Shown here: piece after piece, positions 7,800 through 11,213 of the stretch
Layout of the letters: the number at the start of each line of letters is the position of its first letter
How positions within the stretch are numbered: the stretch's first letter is position 1
Source: Bdellovibrionota bacterium
Lineage (GTDB): Bacteria > Bdellovibrionota_C > UBA2361 > JBGSMV01
Assembly (NCBI GenBank): GCA_044356455.1
Contig: JBIKWF010000130.1
Span: 1 to 11,213, forward strand
DNA: 11,213 nucleotides
Direction: 5' to 3'
Position numbers and translations under genes: made by a program
Notes under the pieces: model-generated
What the model saw: only the letters and a program-made list of their open reading frames with translations
Database searches by the model: none
What the model was told of the DNA's origin: nothing

Positions 7800-9317
7800 T
7801 TGTCGCAAGATTCAGTCGCTAAGGAACCGGGAGACGTTTTCCGCGAAGAGTGCGGCCTCATGGGGGTGTGGAATCACCGCGAGGCGGCGAATTTGTGTTA
7901 CCTGGGGCTTTACGCGCAGCAGCACCGAGGGCAGGAAGGTGCGGGAGTGGTCGCGCTTACGCATGAGCCAGAGAGCCTCATGCGAGTCCACCGCGGCCTG
8001 GGCCTTGTGGCGGAGGTCTTTAATAAATTTGATTTCTCAAAGCTCCCCGGAAGTTACGCCATAGGGCATGTGCGCTACACGACTGCGGGTTCGAATATTT
8101 TGGCGAATGTGCAGCCGTTCCAGGCGCATATTTCACTTGGCCCCGTAGCGGTTGCGCATAATGGCAACTTGATAAATACCGACAGCCTCAAAGAAGAATT
8201 GATTCGTGAGGGAGCCATATTTAACAGTACCTCGGACACCGAGGTGCTCTTGCATCTGCTCGCGAGAACCCCCCGAAAGAGCGGCTCCCGTGATACCTTT
8301 GTGGTCGAGGCAGTAGTGGGCGCACTACAAAAGATCAAGGGCGCTTATTCGCTGCTCATCTTTTTTGAAGATAGAATCTTTGCCGTTCGCGATCCGCATG
8401 GCTTTAGGCCTCTTTCTTTAGGAAAGCTTAATGGCGCCTATATTCTCGCCTCTGAAACCTGCGCATTCGACCTCATAGGCGCCGAGTTTGTGCGGGATAT
8501 TGCACCGGGAGAACTCGTTGAGATCAATCTTAAGGGTGAGGTAAAGAGTTTTTTCCCTTTTGGAGTAAACCGCGAATCCCCTTGCGTGTTTGAGTATATC
8601 TATTTTGCTCGTCCAGACTCACGAGTATTTGGCCGCAATGTATACCGAGTTCGCCGGCAACTTGGTGCTGAACTTGCCAGAGAGCACCCGGTAGAGGCGG
8701 ATCTCGTGATTCCCGTGCCTGACTCGGGTGTGACAGCGGCTCTTGGTTATGCCGAGGAGTCCGGACTGCCTATGGAACTTGGGCTGATTCGAAACCACTA
8801 CGTGGGGCGTACCTTCATTGAACCCAAGCAGTCGATTCGAGATTTTGGAGTTAAGATTAAGCACAATGCGAACGCAGAGGTGCTGAGAGGGAAATCAGTA
8901 GTCGTAGTGGATGATTCGATAGTGCGCGGGACTACCTCCCGAAAGCTGATCGCTATGCTGAGAGCTGCCGGGGCGCGCGAGCTCCACCTCAGGGTCTCAG
9001 CTCCGCCCACCATAGATCCTTGTTACTATGGAATTGATACCCCCCAAAAGGACGAGCTTATTGCAGCTCAGAAGTCATTGACTGAGATCAAGGAGTATTT
9101 AGGTGTTGATACCCTTGCCTACCTGAGTGTGGATGGCATGTATCGCGCCGTAAGAAATGCAAGCGACGCTCCTGGCGATGCCTGTGGTGAGCAGCCAAGC
9201 GGCGTTCCGAGATCGGCTGGCGCGGAGGGGCGCGGATTCTGTGATGCATGTTTCACAGGAAAGTATCCGGTGGGCACTCCCGCCCAGTTTGGTAAGAAGC
9301 AGACGGATTTGCTCTAG
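7800..9317 (+). CDS. purF: Amidophosphoribosyltransferase, propeptide-containing 4Fe-4S (Bacillus-like) type
   Basis: EECG propeptide junction (Cys codon 7851), QHRGQEGAG, GHVRYTT, AHNGNL, SDTEV, PRPP loop VVVDDSIVRGTT, Fe-S ligands PCVFEY, PCYYGID and CDAC. Start uncertain: TTG 7800 (17-aa propeptide), ATG 7731 or GTG 7713. Confidence 0.97.
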   Translation: MSQDSVAKEPGDVFREECGLMGVWNHREAANLCYLGLYAQQHRGQEGAGVVALTHEPESLMRVHRGLGLVAEVFNKFDFSKLPGSYAIGHVRYTTAGSNILANVQPFQAHISLGPVAVAHNGNLINTDSLKEELIREGAIFNSTSDTEVLLHLLARTPRKSGSRDTFVVEAVVGALQKIKGAYSLLIFFEDRIFAVRDPHGFRPLSLGKLNGAYILASETCAFDLIGAEFVRDIAPGELVEINLKGEVKSFFPFGVNRESPCVFEYIYFARPDSRVFGRNVYRVRRQLGAELAREHPVEADLVIPVPDSGVTAALGYAEESGLPMELGLIRNHYVGRTFIEPKQSIRDFGVKIKHNANAEVLRGKSVVVVDDSIVRGTTSRKLIAMLRAAGARELHLRVSAPPTIDPCYYGIDTPQKDELIAAQKSLTEIKEYLGVDTLAYLSVDGMYRAVRNASDAPGDACGEQPSGVPRSAGAEGRGFCDACFTGKYPVGTPAQFGKKQTDLL

Positions 9318-9405
9318 GGGGCGGCTTGCGTGAGGAGGGGGTAGGCTTTTTGGGGCCCCCTGAAAGATTTTTTCCGAATGAGATTGAACGAGTGAAAGAG
9401 GTCAT

Positions 9406-9963
9406 ATGATGTTGTCGAACGAAGATATTAAGGTAGCGCTCTCAACGGGCGAGCTCGTGGTGGACCCATTTCGGCCAGAATTTATTCGAGCTTCGAGCAT
9501 CACCATGCACCTTGGACCTCACCTCCTCAAACCGCTGCCTGGAAAGGTCGTGGATGTAAAAAACAAGATAGTGCCGGACTTCGAAGAAATTACGATATCG
9601 GACGATAAGCCATACCCCCTTCAACCAGGGGAATTCCTGCTTGGACACACCTACCAAAAGGTGACGGTGGGGCCTAATTTGGGGTTCTTTATAGAAGGGC
9701 GCAGCACCCTTGCTCGGGTGGGTCTTACTATCGTTCAGACCGCCATGTTGGTGTACCCAGGACACCGAGGTCGTACGGTAACGCTTGAGCTTGCAAATCA
9801 CGGCCCGAACACGATTTTGCTTTACCCTAAGATGAAGATTGCGCGGGTCGCGCTCTTCCAGATGAAGACGCCTTGCTCTGAGCAATATGACGATAAGGGG
9901 AAATATAGGGGGCAGGGCATCGTAGGGCGTCCTATCTTTAAGGATGAGATTTTGAACGATTGA
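9406..9963 (+). CDS. dcd: dCTP deaminase family protein (trimeric dUTPase fold), divergent active site
   Basis: 185 aa with GAGG RBS. MLS start, LQPGEFLLG, EGRSTLARVGL, TLELAN and C-terminal KYRGQ motifs. The usual IDPG[FWY]xG motif reads VYPGHRG. Confidence 0.85.
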   Translation: MMLSNEDIKVALSTGELVVDPFRPEFIRASSITMHLGPHLLKPLPGKVVDVKNKIVPDFEEITISDDKPYPLQPGEFLLGHTYQKVTVGPNLGFFIEGRSTLARVGLTIVQTAMLVYPGHRGRTVTLELANHGPNTILLYPKMKIARVALFQMKTPCSEQYDDKGKYRGQGIVGRPIFKDEILND

Positions 9964-10043
9964 TCACAGGGGTGGTTTCTCGGTAGCATCCCCCGAGTTA
10001 CCATGTTCTAAGGTCTGCCGCCCCTGGGCCACCACCCATGGGT

Positions 10044-10081
10044 AGTGCCCTAAGGTATGCAGTGCCCTTAGGTATGCAGTG
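10044..10081. repeat. 17-bp tandem direct repeat (2.2 copies)
   Basis: agtgccctaaggtatgc (10044-10060), agtgcccttaggtatgc (10061-10077), agtg (10078-10081); one mismatch. Confidence 0.85.
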
Positions 10082-10127
10082 GTCCGTAGATGATGGTCAG
10101 GCGATTTTTTTTCTAGTCGGAGCTCCT

Positions 10128-10514
10128 ATGAATGTTACGCAGCACTCTTCTCAAGATGGCGCGAATGAGGTTGAGCAGCAGGAAGGTATGCGCTGGATTA
10201 TTGGGGCGGGGATAGCTGCCGTTTTAATCGCCTCTTTTGTGGCCTGGAGCGACCATACCCTCAGTACTTCGAACTCCGAGAAGGAATTAGGTGAGCGCTT
10301 ACGCGAGCTGCGCACTGCACAAACATCTTTGTCCTCAACTTCGGAACAAACAGGTGGGCTCGACCCCCGTCAGGGCGTGCGTGCCATGTTGCGTGAGCCA
10401 GCTGCTCCAGCGATTTTAGCCGCGGGTGCCAAGAAGCAGTACCATGCATCTGGGGCTCACGGCGATGCAGCTCACGGAGCAGGTGAGCATGGCGCTGAGC
10501 ACGCCGAGCACTGA
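10128..10514 (+). CDS. Hypothetical single-pass membrane protein with a His/Gly/Ala-rich C-terminal tail (128 aa)
   Basis: ATG 10128 preceded by GGAG, preferred over 10038, whose extension crosses the tandem repeat. Hydrophobic WIIGAGIAAVLIASFVAW segment, helical SEKELGERLRELRTAQ, tail HASGAHGDAAHGAGEHGAEHAEH. Confidence 0.7.
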   Translation: MNVTQHSSQDGANEVEQQEGMRWIIGAGIAAVLIASFVAWSDHTLSTSNSEKELGERLRELRTAQTSLSSTSEQTGGLDPRQGVRAMLREPAAPAILAAGAKKQYHASGAHGDAAHGAGEHGAEHAEH

Positions 10515-10528
10515 GTGCCCGGTGCTTC

Positions 10529-11122
10529 GTGCCACGCTTTCGACTCAAACTCCTAAGGTACCACTTATTCCATTTCTTTCTCGCTCAAGCGTTCAAGTAT
10601 CGGCTTGAGCGCCTCACTACGGTCGAAAGACTAAGTGGAGAAGCGAGTATTGGAATTGCTCTCGATCGTTCGGAGCGACTGGTGGGTTGGATTCGCCGTG
10701 AGCTTAGGCGAACCCCAACGTGGGTCCAGGGGCATCTTTTTTTAGGTCAAGAATGTCTTGCCGCCCAGAATGTGGCCCCTGCCTATGCTTCGGCCCATGC
10801 CGCACTCTTACTCTTAGGGTCAGAAGGGAAGCCCTCGTGTTCCGCGCTCTATGTGCAGGCGCAGATTCTTCTCGCTGAGTGCTATCTTTCGAAGGGATCA
10901 CCCGAGATAGCGAGGCAAATTCTTGAGAGTTTAAGGGCAGCAGGCGCCTGGAACGCCCGCATTGCAGAGGACCTGGCCGCTGCACTCTTGCTTGAAGGAA
11001 AGGAGCAGGAGGCTGCCGCGCTTCTTCGTGCTTCGGGGAGTGCGCAGAAGGATCCTGCTGCTCTTGCGGTACTTTCGTATGCGAAACGCAAGGCGGAAGG
11101 TGGGCTGCCTCCACTCGCATAG
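10529..11122 (+). CDS. Hypothetical TPR-like helical repeat protein
   Basis: 197 aa, co-oriented 14 bp after the previous gene. TPR-like patterns WVQGHLFLGQECL, AQILLAECYLSKGSPEIARQILE and DLAAALLLEGKEQEAAALL. GTG start uncertain. Confidence 0.7.
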   Translation: MPRFRLKLLRYHLFHFFLAQAFKYRLERLTTVERLSGEASIGIALDRSERLVGWIRRELRRTPTWVQGHLFLGQECLAAQNVAPAYASAHAALLLLGSEGKPSCSALYVQAQILLAECYLSKGSPEIARQILESLRAAGAWNARIAEDLAAALLLEGKEQEAAALLRASGSAQKDPAALAVLSYAKRKAEGGLPPLA

Positions 11123-11147
11123 TGGCGGCAGCTCTCTTAGCCCTTAT

Positions 11148-11188
11148 ATCTCACGGGATCCCTGCGCTCCGCTTCGGGTCCGTGAGAT
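11148..11188 (-). repeat. REP-like hairpin, copy 2
   Basis: Perfect 9-bp arms atctcacgg/ccgtgagat. Reverse complement atctcacggacccg-aagcggagcgc-agggatcccgtgagat aligns with 4482-4513. Confidence 0.7.
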
Positions 11189-11213
11189 TACCGTTGAAAA
11201 TCGGCCATCCGGG

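Noticed and set aside
9336..9373. aggggg...ccccct hairpin after purF as an intrinsic terminator
   Set aside because: Short stem, large loop and a T-run offset from the stem; too weak to call, and dcd may be co-transcribed.
10044..10081. Tandem repeat or hairpin arrays as a CRISPR array
   Set aside because: Units are adjacent with no spacers, too short and too few, and no cas genes are present.

Overview
Bacterial chromosomal window of moderately high GC, with two divergent gene blocks. On the minus strand is a prkA(yeaG)-yeaH/yhbH-spoVR stress/stationary-phase operon; spoVR (663 to the left edge) is missing from the ORF track. On the plus strand are purL (small type), purF, a divergent dCTP-deaminase-family gene, a His-tailed single-pass membrane protein and a TPR-like protein. 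The ~1.4 kb between the blocks is the most informative part. By hand folding, ~4078-4259 forms a plus-strand rod with a central bubble and a CUUGAAC...GUUUGAG alternative hairpin, the architecture of 6S RNA, here divergent from prkA instead of in the zapA/ygfA context. It is followed by back-to-back hairpins (4287-4513), a 34-bp inverted repeat and a convergent orphan ORF. One hairpin has a second copy at 11148-11188 with a compensatory base-pair change. The Dcd homolog keeps its catalytic Ser/Arg/Glu but has replaced conserved sugar-binding motif residues. All folds and family calls were made by eye; no searches were run.
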